From positions 3,752,741-3,816,740 of the forward strand of contig OZ037768.1 in assembly GCA_964035545.1 (NCBI GenBank): 64,000 nt of DNA, in the 5' to 3' direction. Shown in pieces: positions 53,501-64,000 of this stretch; positions within the stretch are counted from its first letter, which is position 1, and each line of letters starts with the position of its first letter. This DNA is from Bugula neritina (lineage: Eukaryota > Animalia > Bryozoa). Both the position numbers and the translations under genes were made by a program. The notes under the pieces were generated by a model that saw nothing but the letters and a program-made list of their open reading frames with translations, searched no databases and had not been told where the DNA came from.

Positions 53501-56038
53501 GCAAGAACCTTCTGGAGAAACCAGAAACCCAACAGATTTCTGGTCTGGTCTCGGCTTCTCAAGGTCTATGCCTGACTCTGTCATTCGAGACAAGCTGAAG
53601 CAGAATGGTTTAAGGTAAGTCATTGCTACGGTATTTGGACATGCAGTGGCATGTGATAATCCTTCCTAGTGTTGTTCTTAAACAGATAAATGGTAAATAA
53701 TGACATATTAGTGTAGCTTATATCAGTGTATTACATGTTATAGCTTGTAATCGTAGTATTTTCTTATTTGCTTGGCATGAAATATCCACAGTCTTTCTTG
53801 TTTATCTGAACTTGTTGGCAAGTGACAGGTTGTGGGATTTGACACAAATAGTCTGGGGATGGGGAATAGCAACGATATTTTGCATTTTGAGATATATGAT
53901 ATCTTTTCTAATTGAGTTGGCTGAAACAAGGAGGCTTGCTTGAGTTTGTCTATTCCCATAGCATTGTTTGTATTGATTGAAAGTAATTGCTTATAAAATA
54001 AGAGTGAGTGGCTGTGATTTTTAATATAATATATTACCTTGTATAACCACCACTCATTTTGGACTAATGTGGAATAAGTAAAAGAACTCAAACTGAAAAT
54101 TTTGTTGAGAAACTACAATTAAAACGAATCCATATTAAATTTATATGGTTGTTATGGTGCATTATTGTGTAGTTACTAGGAAACTTGATTTATTACTCTA
54201 TTGTGTTGTAAATTATGAATATTAATTGTAATTAATTAATATGTGAGTATTATGTAATATATAATAATGGAACCACAGGTATGACGGACCCAATATGGCT
54301 ACCACGTATGAACAAGAAAGTGAAGAGGATGGTGATCCATGGAAGGACTCCAGTCCTAGCAGCTCCATTAGGATATCCTCTGATCTTATTGAAAAAAGTA
54401 AATCAGCTCTATTAGCTAATAAAATATCAACTATTTCTTAGTTTTCAAATATTACATAACAATTACAGTCATTGGTTAATATTAGTTTGAAGATTATCAG
54501 AGTTTAAGTGACTTTGTTTCCTTTAGAATACTCAATATTCTACTTTTCACTGGTGGTACTGTTCAGATTAGACACATTTCAAGGTTCTTTCACTTGATTC
54601 AGCTGATTTTCTTAAGATTTCGAATCTTTAGGGTATCACTTGGAGGTTTCTGTGTTTTAGTTGAACAATATGGAGATATGCTGAACACTAGTCTGGGTAG
54701 AAGTGGCAAGCAGATGGAAAGTCCAACGTTGCAGCCGTCGTCATTTGTAGGAAGTTCTAGTGACAATTCAGATATGGCTGAGCTGTTCAGGAAGCTGGGT
54801 CTAGAGAAGTACACGGAACTGTTTCTGCAGCAAGAGGTGAGTTCTTCTAGTTTGGGACACAATCAATGTAACTTCTATAAGAATGGCGGTGTGTAATGCA
54901 CAATAATCAACAGGCGTTTTAAGGCTAATGAAATGTTCAATAATTGAATTATAAATCAGTTTTTATTGGAAAGAAACATCAGTAGATGTATGAAATCATC
55001 AGCCTTGAAAGACATTCTATTAAATTCACTTTTAAGTAATAAATATTTCAATATTGGAATTAAACTCAATTATTTGACAGTAGATAAGGTATGTAAGTGT
55101 AGGTAAATCAATCACAATTTAACTTACCTGGAAGAAGTATTAATGTCCACATACGGTAAGTTGATGTTCTGTATTGAACTTCAGATTGATCTGGCTACCT
55201 TCACAACACTCAATGACCAAGATCTGAAAGAACTTGGAATCAACACATTTGGAGCCCGAAGAAAAATGCTTTTAGCCATTGCAGGTATGGAGAATATTAA
55301 AATACTCTAGTTTTGTTGGTTGTCATATGACCTAGCGTAACGTATGTGCATTATTTGATCATGTAATTAATATGTCTTTGTATTTGCTAAACAATTCATA
55401 AGTTTATATGCAGTTAATGAACCTTTTAGAGCGTTCAGGCCAAAACTCTCGCTATACGAATAAGTGATTGTGTTGTAATGAAGGTAAACTGCTATCAGTG
55501 TTGTTGAGTCTAAGTGTTGTTTTACTATCGTTTAGTTTTCAGTAAATTTTGATTTCACTAGTTGAGTTGCCTTGGCATTCTGCACTTTTTGGTTATTGCT
55601 TTATATTAGATGAGATTAGTTTGATTTCTTTACACTTACATCATTATTCACAATATTTGTAGTTGTCTTCTTTTCGTATAAAATGACTGTCACTTGTATT
55701 TTAAAGAAACCACAAAGATTATTCAACTTGAAATATAAATAAAATTTACAGAAAAATTCATTAGTCTGAAGATATAAATAGGTAAAGTAAAATAACGGAA
55801 AATTTAAATATACAAGGATGAACACTTGTAATCATATAGTTTATGGGTGTATAATTTGTAAATGGAAATTTCTCTATGATAGAAGAAATATTGGTTGCAA
55901 ATTTTAGATCTACAAAAGTCACGGCAAAAGTTCTTTTCACCAACTCCTGGTTCCAACAACCCTTTCCGTTCTGTGTCCGCATCTGGTGGGCCTTTCCCTC
56001 ACAGTGGCAACATCATCAGTCATAGTGGAAGATGGTAG
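38542..56038 (+). CDS. BICC1: Bicaudal-C homolog (KH/KH-like repeats plus SAM domain RNA-binding translational regulator), ~1075 aa
   Basis: 21 exons: 38542-38890, 40469-40515, 40764-40833, 43420-43499, 44266-44424, 45395-45448, 45759-45992, 47541-47741, 48018-48075, 48161-48234, 49133-49277, 49618-49773, 50758-51006, 51429-51665, 52012-52171, 52950-53257, 53494-53614, 54279-54397, 54661-54836, 55185-55284, 55908-56038. Motifs: EERFRVDRRKLEQML, TWPSKLKIGAKSKKDPHIKV, RVTLKMDVSHTEHSHVIGKGGNNIK, FMIGRGGSN, PTDFWSGLGFS, SAM domain (LGLEKYTELFLQQEIDL...DLKELGINTFGARRKML) and terminal SGRW. Boundaries of exons 14-16, in the low-complexity region, are less certain. Confidence 0.95.
39749..39815. repeat. 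24-bp short tandem repeat (TGCAGTAAATATGCATGTCTATTT)
   Basis: About 2.7 copies in BicC intron 1. Confidence 0.75.
42986..43136 (+). mobile_element. MITE family 1 copy (BicC intron 3)
   Basis: GGTGGAGTAACGGAGAAATT...AAAGCCTGTGTTCTAGATTAGAAATGTAGC...TCTCAATTTCTGCACTACTGCACC|ta; colinear with 15109-15266. Confidence 0.8.
47805..47922 (-). mobile_element. MITE family 1 copy, reverse orientation, internally deleted (BicC intron 8)
   Basis: ta|GGTGCAGTGGTAGAGATAGCC...TCTAGAACACAGGCTTTTTTCAATTTCTCCATTACTGCACC; both TIR ends present. Confidence 0.75.
48246..48580. repeat. 12-bp minisatellite (ACTACTCACTAT / ACTACTCACTGT)
   Basis: Tandem array beginning ~12 nt after the BicC exon 10 donor. Confidence 0.93.
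51776..51836. repeat. 30-bp direct duplication (CTCAACATTACAGTGATGTCTAGAGGGTCA x2)
   Basis: Two perfect adjacent copies in a BicC intron. Confidence 0.8.
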
Positions 56039-57683
56039 TATAGCAAACCTTAGCTTTTCTCCTTATAATTTTAATTTAGTTATTACTATATACAGTGTGG
56101 AAAGAGCTACTGGCATATTTAATGTTTCATTTTTAATGTTAAATGCATTTCTGAGCATTACTCAAACGTCAGATCTGAATGAATCTAGTGCCATTGTTTC
56201 TAATATAAATTTTATATTTTACAAACTAACATTTTTCCTGAATGATGTATATTGTTTAGCTGGTGAAATGGCTTTAATTTCTTCGTATATTTATAAAATT
56301 TTATTTTTCTCTACAGCAAGCAAATGGTGCAATATGTGAGTAATATTTTCTATTCAATTCCTTTTTTATAAAGTTTCTGGTGTTTTGTTAAATTAAGAAG
56401 TCATTATTTACCAAAAATCTAGTGGTTGTAATACAAGTTAAATTTTGTGTCGTATATCTACTTATTAGATTTTGATTACTAAGGCATTGGCCATTCCTTA
56501 TATTGCACATATCAAAATCATGGCCATGAGTCCCTTTCATCATACAAATTTGCTGCTTATTTCTATTGCCGCTGTGCTAAATGGGCTGAACAATTTCCAT
56601 CCTCTTTTAAATTGGTTGTGCTACTCTATGCAATAGTTTCTATGAATAAAATATTTTGCACTTTTTATATTTGGTCGCCAGTAGTGAGGCGTTGCACGAT
56701 CTAAATAACAAAGATCGCACTGCGATGGTGTTCAACTGTATCTCGCAGTGTTTTAAAATGATTGGCTTTCTATGAGTCAAGCCATAGCAGAAACATCTGT
56801 CCTTAAGTTTACATTAAAGTCATTGCCTCTTTTTTGAAAGAAAAATGAAATTTTTCCCATCGTGCTGTCTTGAATGAAACTTTTTGACTTATGTTTTGTA
56901 TGTGCTTGTATACAGTGTTACTTTGCTTTTTGTTTTTGGATTATTGGAAAATTTACGTAAAAACAATGTGTGCATCTTTTAATTATTTGTTATTTTGTAG
57001 TCTTGTATAAGCTACTTTGTTATTAGCTTCAATAAAATTACAAAATAGATTTCTGACATTTTTATGCTACACCTAACAAATTTTATGGAGACTAACAACT
57101 TCAACATTGTCATTCTTTCAGGGGTCTGTGATAAACCATAAGCAGATGTGTCACTATCATGCACTATGCCAACATTCTAGCGTCTTCTATAGGGCCACCT
57201 CAGTTGGCAAATATAGAGCATTAGTTGTAAAAGCTAGATTTGGAGTTGCAAGCCCTAAGTTATAGGAATCAACCAAAAGCTATATGGCAAACAGTTCTAA
57301 ACTGGCTAGAGAAGGAAACCCAAAATTGTTGCATAAGCAGAGATTTTCTATTGTATAGATGTGAAATATGCAGCAGAGTGATAAGTTAGGCAGCCCCAAG
57401 TGTCCAGGCCTTTATCATGGGAATCAGCATGTGTATATATTGCATCAGTGGAAACTGTAGGCTATGCAATATGCAGAAGCAGTAACTGAGAAAGAAGTGA
57501 TACAAGTACACTCATTAGCAACAAAACTTTAGTAACCAGCAATAAAACCTTTACCTGTAACACAAGACAGAAATTTTTGCTGACTTTCTAGATTTCTCTG
57601 GTACTAAAACACATTGAGTGCTAATTGCATATCACAAGGTGATAAGATATAAATAACTATAGTTTCTAGTTTATTTATTCAGT

Positions 57684-58478
57684 TTACAAGCTTTTAACTC
57701 TGTATATGACAAACCATCCAACAATTGCAAAGAACAAGCCGAGCATCTTCTGAACAGTAGTATGGAAATACAATGATGTCGAAAAGAGCATAACTTCCCA
57801 GATAATCGTTAGCAATACAAGACAAACCATGATCAATCTTATTAGGATTCTGTAAGATATTGAAGTTTCCTTAGAAGAGGACGTGTTGTTTCTTTCGATG
57901 CTATCAATCCTTTTTGAGACTTGATGAAGAACTTGGGATTCTTCATTTATTACAGAGGAACAGAATGCCAAAAGAAAGCAATGCCCAGATATATCAAATC
58001 CGATCCATGTGTGACCTTCTTCAATACATGAGCTTTTAGTAACCGCTTTTGGGTTGGTACATGAACTAGTTGCGCCATCAATCCACACAAAACCATTTGC
58101 ACAGATATACCAGTAAGCAGTCGCAAGGCTCAACCGAATAATGGCTGATGACAAGTTTCTAACTTCCTTATGTTCAATCATCTTGGTTAAAAGTATTAAC
58201 ACTAACACAGCACTCAGAGTCCAACCCCAACCAAGCTTTACAAAATATTGATTGAGTGCATTATTTTTATCAGAAAAATAACTTCTCATGGGTCTCTGTA
58301 TGTCAGTTAAAAAACTAACAAAAAATACAACTAAACAATAAACAATTAGTTTTTTTACTATGTTAATTGTTAATATCAGCCGTAAGATAAAATCAAGTGA
58401 GTTATTAAAAAAGCTTGCAGTGGGTAAAGAAGTGATAACCCTTCGACTTCTTTTGGTAGAATCTGCAGAAACAGCCAT
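57684..58478 (-). CDS. FITM2: Fat storage-inducing transmembrane protein 2 (FIT2, acyl-CoA diphosphatase), 264 aa
   Basis: Uninterrupted ORF with several TM segments and the FIT-family motifs SYFSDKNNALNQYFVKLGWGWT, GFDISGHCFLL and YFHT..K..G. There is an acceptor-like ttattttag just upstream (~58495) and a GTGAGT donor at 59131, suggesting a 5' UTR intron. Confidence 0.92.
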   Translation of the reverse strand: MAVSADSTKRSRRVITSLPTASFFNNSLDFILRLILTINIVKKLIVYCLVVFFVSFLTDIQRPMRSYFSDKNNALNQYFVKLGWGWTLSAVLVLILLTKMIEHKEVRNLSSAIIRLSLATAYWYICANGFVWIDGATSSCTNPKAVTKSSCIEEGHTWIGFDISGHCFLLAFCSSVINEESQVLHQVSKRIDSIERNNTSSSKETSISYRILIRLIMVCLVLLTIIWEVMLFSTSLYFHTTVQKMLGLFFAIVGWFVIYRVKSL

Positions 58479-60537
58479 GGACCTTTGATACTGCTAAAAT
58501 AATAACAGAGAAACTGCAGAGTTATTGCAAATAACAAACGGTCTAATTTTCCTGTCATTTTTAGTAGCCTCGCAGTCTTTATGAATAACAATAAAAAACT
58601 TTGCCATTGCATATCCATCATTTGAAAAAGATATTACTTGTATAAGAGGTATTTTTAGTGCAACAAAGCCGTAGTAACCTGCATTGGAGTAATTCTTAAA
58701 ATTCTAATTAAATTATTCAACCAATAGTTCAATTTGCAGTCAATTTTAGGTATAGAAGTATCATGCTGAACTTTGATAACTAGCAGAATATTGCCATTAT
58801 TTGAAGATAAGTTGCAAGTATAACAAGTGATTAGTTATTCAACTTACATAATTAAATCATAAAAAAAGCAAAATATTTTATCTCAAATGATTTATGCATT
58901 ACAAATAGACAACCTTGCAAAAGTAAACATCATGTGACTACAATAGTGACAATATTAACATATAATTCTATAAGTATAATGGGTAAAAATAATACTATAA
59001 CTATAAGTATATCAACATGAGATATTACAATAATTATTATTATATTATATATGCTATAAAAGATAAATATCTAGTCTTTAAAAATAAATGTCTAATATTA
59101 TGTATTTTATAATCATAATGATCATACTCACCGGCCCAAAAATTAATGTTTTTACCAGAACCTTGGAAATGTTGCTTATCAATATATTATCATAATCATT
59201 ATGTTATGATATCAACAGTGAGCTTAAAATTATGAAGTTATACTTATATAATAATAATATATTACTATTAGTATTTTAAGCCTAATAGTAATTAAGCTGA
59301 AAACTAAAAGAATTTGATAAATTTAATTATAATGATTCCACTTTGACTTTCCAGTGTGTCATAATCAATATTTATATAAAATTATTATTTATATTGATTA
59401 TGCATTATGGTGTTGATTATAATAAATTTATGATCACAATAAATATAATTAATAACATTTAATTTTATTTTAATCATGATAATCACTTAAATTGAATGAT
59501 CAGACTGAAACCCGTCTTCGGATTGATTATCATGATCATCAATGATCAATCACGATACTATTTGACGAAAATATTAATTGATAGTTGAATTCATACTGAT
59601 AGTAATAACTTGTAATAATTCAATTAATGATTTATCATAATCAGTCATAATGATATCATTATCACTGATGAATGAATTAAAAATTACAAAACAAAGGAAC
59701 CGTTTCACTTATTGCAGGATTATCATAATCTTTACGAAGTTGAACCTTGTGCACACTTTATCTAGCGCCGTTTGCGTTTACACTTGCTGTCCAGTTTGCC
59801 ATAGCAAGAAAATAGTAGGCTACCGACAAATGAAAAGACGATAATTACAAAATTGATACATAAAAAAGACAACTCTGATTTTATCATTACTCCTTATAAA
59901 TTTTCTGACCACGACCTGAAGTTGCTATTTTAGAACATGCTATTTACTCACGCAAAATTACAAGAGAAACTATTACACTAATGATACGATACAAGCTGCT
60001 AACGCAGAATGTTTTTAGAATCTCTATAGAAAAGAAAGCAGAGCTAACAAGACTGCATTAAGTATGTGACAACAATGTTTCTTTTTCACATAGCAGATCG
60101 AATGCCAGTAATTTGAAAGGAACAAAACGAATGCCATATATCAGAATTAGATAGAATACTCTCCCCTTGTAGCAACTCAAAACACGTCTAATTACATCTG
60201 TTTTTTTTCATACTAATAGACAAGTGCTAATAATTTGTGATCATGGCAACCTCACACTGACATTTTGTTTTATTGGTGTTTGAATTAAACTCATGACAGC
60301 TGACCATTTCATATCAATACTTTATTAAGCAAAGTAAATAACTAATAATCAATGAAAAATTGCATAACAAAATCTAAACATTGTATAGTTCATAACACAT
60401 TTTGCGATTACCTGCAACTGATCACATGTTCCGGGGCTAGCATAAACTAGACATGGAAAGGCAAATCTAGAGTCTGCCAGCCCCGGATTACATCCAAAAG
60501 AGTGACATATTTTTAACAGATGACAAGATGCAGGCAC

Positions 60538-63500
60538 CTAGTAGTTTTTTTGCTGGTAACCGCCACCTTGACCGCCACGACGGTTTTTCCAATGACCAGA
60601 CTGGTTGTCATTTCTCCTGTATCCACCCCCTTGGCGGTTACCTCTCTGTTGGTTGTCTTTATCATAACCACCTGCACATAACATAAACCATAAACATTGT
60701 TTCTACAAGCAAGATGACCAGCACCAAACCTACACATTATACCTGCTCATCAAACAGAAGGCATTTGTGAAGAACAAAAAGGCACAAAGTAAATTACAGA
60801 CTATTTAAACCACTCTGTGAAAGCTAGGAGTTTATAAGGGTCAAACTCACCCTTATTCTGGTAATTGAAGTTTCCTTGTTTAATTTCCATGAGTCTTTCA
60901 TTGTTCTCAACCAGAGAGCCCACTTTGTCACTGAGCTGCAGCGCAATGGACTGGAGACGACTCGGTTCAGTTCGGTGCATCACGACAGACTGCGTTGGCT
61001 CATCTAGCGAAGCCTAACAGCGCACAACACAAACTGTAACAGCTGATAGATACAAGATCATTCAGCTTCACCATTATTTTTTGGGCTGCACATCAGTCTA
61101 CTTAAAAGAAACTACCATTACAGCTAATAGTCACTGACAAAGACAACTCTGTAAATAAGCACAAATAAGAAGGAGAAACAAAAGCAGAGGTGGTAGAGGT
61201 ACACATACCATCAGCTCTTCATTGATGATCATTTTACTAATGATACTGTGTATAGTAGCCCTGGGCAACTCAAACATCTCAGCCAGGATCTCCATACTCA
61301 GTGAGGTGTAGATACTACTGTAGGTGAAGAGGTACGTGCGCAGCGTCTCCTCCTGAATCTTCAGAGTTATCATATCACGCACAAGATCAGAGTTGGTAAA
61401 CAAATCCCACACCTACGACATTGAAAACTTGATTACATAACAGCACCAGTCGCTATTCGCAGTCAACTTTTAGGTAGAGTGAAAAGATACATTAAAGTGA
61501 AGTTTTAATTCAGTGAAGGTTTTCACCAAACTTTCTGTTACCTTCGGTAGATATAAAAATGAAAAAACACATAAAAACTAGGTCACAAAACACCAGTTTG
61601 CAGGGAGGTGTGCTGCTGTGTGTTGCATACCTTCAGGTTCATCTTCTCATTAATGAGAAAATCTCGGCAGGCTTTCCACTCTCCTCTCTTCATAGCCTTG
61701 CTAGCCTGTACCACGTGCTCTCTCATGCTTTCTGGGGGACCAATCAGGGGCTGTCTCTCACTGATTCTCAGTACGTGATGGAAGTTCTTACTAATCATAC
61801 GTCGCTTCGAGTCCAACTCATGAGCTACAGTCAGATTTGAGCCAATTTAATGAGCTGAAGACCGAGGTGCATGTAAGCAAGCTTACAGACAGAGTATGTA
61901 GAACTTGACGTAAAATTATATGCTATGAGTACAACAAAGAGCTACCAGAAATGAGAACCGCAACATTGAATACAGTTATTGTGTCACTTAGCATTGTTAT
62001 TACACTATAGTTACACTATATGAAACTTTGGGTAGCAAAAGCTATCGTTTTAAACACTGAACCCTTTTCTTTGTGAAGTATATAGCTGTGTGGAATATTC
62101 TAGTGCACCTGCAAGGTAAGGTATCTCCAGCAGCATGGCGGAGACGAGGTAGACACACTCCAGCAGCTCCAGGTTGATGTGCATGTGGTAAGGCATTTGC
62201 CGTCTCTTCTCAATCTTCTCCTGCTCAGCCGTCCTCTCATTCTGTCTCTGGAGGAGCAGACCTTGGGCCAGCAACTCCTTGGCTCTACCTGAACTCTGTA
62301 TGTCGAGCAGACAGTTGTGTGCATCCTTTATGTAGCCCTTGCGGAAGGCACACAGTCCCAGCTGCACCATGCACCGGTTGTAGCAGATCTAAAACAGGAA
62401 GCAAACAGCGTATGGATAACTCTTATGTTGCCATGCCAACAGGTAAATTATCACACACAAGTATATTCATAGAAGAACATTTCACATCTCAGTATTAGTA
62501 ATAATAAACCAATAATCATAAATTAGTATTAATAAATTAATATTGAAGTTTGTTTAAAATTATATAAACAGTTGAATGGTGGAAAGAGTAACAAGCAGCC
62601 ACCTGCTTTGGTCTGTTGATCAAGGAATGTCCTGGGAGGCTTACATCAAGAAACACTGATGACTGATTACGTAAAGCAGCAACTAGTACCTACCTGAGTG
62701 GGCACGTCAGCGTGTGTGACGGAGTCTTGCAAGTGAGACATGAGCATGAGGTCTCTAGCTTGAAACCACAAGTCATGGAGAGCGAGATGGTAGATGTGCA
62801 GAAGGATAGCCTGGGTTCTAATACGATCGGTGTTGTCCTTGACATAGATGTATCTACACAACTCATTCATCTTTTCTATGCTGGTGTTCTTCTCCCCGTC
62901 ATTGGCTGCCTTGTCAAACTAACAAATACATACACAAATGTTTTATATATCTTGCCTTGTAGTAGAGGTGACAGTACCTTGTAGTAGAGGTGACAGTACC
63001 TTGTAGTAGAGGTGACAGTACCTTGTAGTAGAGGTGTTTGATCCTAAGCAGGTTGGTCCTGCATTTCTCCTCAGTCGTGCCATGGCTCTCTCCGTATATT
63101 GCCAGAGATTCTATGATGGAGCAAATTCTTCTCTCATCCTTCAGCCTACACACAGCACATCATGACATAGAAGACTCACAGGTAGGTGAGAGTACACACA
63201 CACACAACTCGGCTATGGAATCTCTCACTGGACGACCTACAGACTTACCTGTCCACGTAATCCGGAGAATGAGCGTCACACGCCTGCAACATCCTGCAGA
63301 ACTCGTCGTCCATTCTCTCTGCCGTGGAGAAGATGCAGCCTCTCAGCCGGTATGGCTCTTCCGTCACTATTTCCTGCTCCTCCAAGATGTCCTGGGAGAG
63401 TTTGATGGTCGGGTTGTCTCGGAGGAGTTGGAGCAACTCTTCTACTGCATCCAGACACCTACAACCAGCAGAATGCAACTTATCTTTCTACAACCAGCAG

Positions 63501-63758
63501 TATGCAACTTATCTTTCTACAACGTACCACTTGTACGTAACTTACCTTTCTACTACTCATATGTGACAAGGTACTGACTACTGACTTACTGATGAAATAG
63601 TGAACTTACTGTAGCCAGGACTCTGGTCTCATGCAGGAGGAGACGGCGGGGTTATAGTCACACAGAGCAGAGACTATATGGAACCTGATCTTCACCTGTA
63701 GACCAGCACCTAAGTTGGCGCCATGTGCAATATCTCGCAGTTCCTCCAGCAAGGACAC
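60538..63758 (-). CDS. EIF3C: Eukaryotic translation initiation factor 3 subunit C, last nine coding exons (5' part outside window)
   Basis: Exons 63758-63610, 63458-63249, 63145-63022, 62918-62694, 62388-62109, 61824-61631, 61412-61209, 61013-60851 and 60671-60538 join in frame. Motifs: [50 protein letters not shown] domain [14 protein letters not shown]...SKMIINEEL, and an RG-rich tail. AATAAA (minus) at ~60321-60326. Confidence 0.96.
62955..63036. repeat. 22-bp tandem repeat spanning an eIF3c exon-intron junction
   Basis: CCTTGTAGTAGAGGTGACAGTA x3 plus a partial unit; on the minus strand CACCTCTACTACAAG|GTACTGT. Confidence 0.9.
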
Positions 63759-64000
63759 CTACACATAGGCAATGGAGTGAGTTGAAGTACAAATATAAGC
63801 ATGTGCATGTAGGGAAGGAGATTATATGAATCACATAACTTAGTTACAACCTAATGTTAATAATCTAATGTATGAATGATTATGTAATGTAGATCAAAGC
63901 ATACAAAATTTACAATAACGCAAAATTTTTGATGCAACTTTTTCGCATATTACATATAGATAAGAGACTTTATTTAAAAGTTTTTCGTTGCACCAATACC

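Noticed and set aside
32748-58478. TBC1D20 and FITM2 as a lipid-droplet/ER functional cluster
   Set aside because: Both relate to ER and lipid-droplet biology, but they are separated by BicC, on opposite strands, with no shared regulatory evidence; proximity is probably coincidental.
63038-63577. 179-aa plus-strand ORF and other antisense ORFs over real exons (e.g. 4337-4771, 13851-14090, 21428-21646)
   Set aside because: Antisense shadows of genuine coding exons with no independent features.

Overview
AT-rich, intron-containing animal genomic DNA (invertebrate-like; taxon cannot be determined here). I assembled eight protein-coding genes by hand from GT-AG splice sites with consistent exon phases. 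In order: the 3' end of a CDK4/6-like kinase (+); a tandem array of three divergent paralogues of an unrecognised family (-; 4087-8516, 13310-16204, 21214-25813); TBC1D20 (+); Bicaudal-C (+, 21 exons); FITM2/FIT2 (-); and the 3' part of eIF3c (-). The three-gene array is the main finding. All three share a 4-coding-exon structure (intron phases 2,1,1) and encode 477-510 aa proteins. Each appears to have an N-terminal tandem PH-fold region (PH plus IRS/Dok-type PTB-like), a Pro/Tyr linker with a conserved YxxP motif, and a strongly conserved C-terminal death-domain-like fold. That would make them Dok/IRS-like docking proteins fused to a death domain, an architecture I do not recognise from characterised proteins. 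The domain calls are by-eye pattern inferences and need HMM or structure confirmation. Non-coding DNA holds six copies of a ~155-bp TA-flanked MITE, a Mutator-like fold-back MITE with a 9-bp TSD, a 303-bp TIR element, a tRNA-derived SINE-like relic and many mini/microsatellites, several of which duplicate splice sites. There is no CRISPR array, rRNA or intact tRNA.
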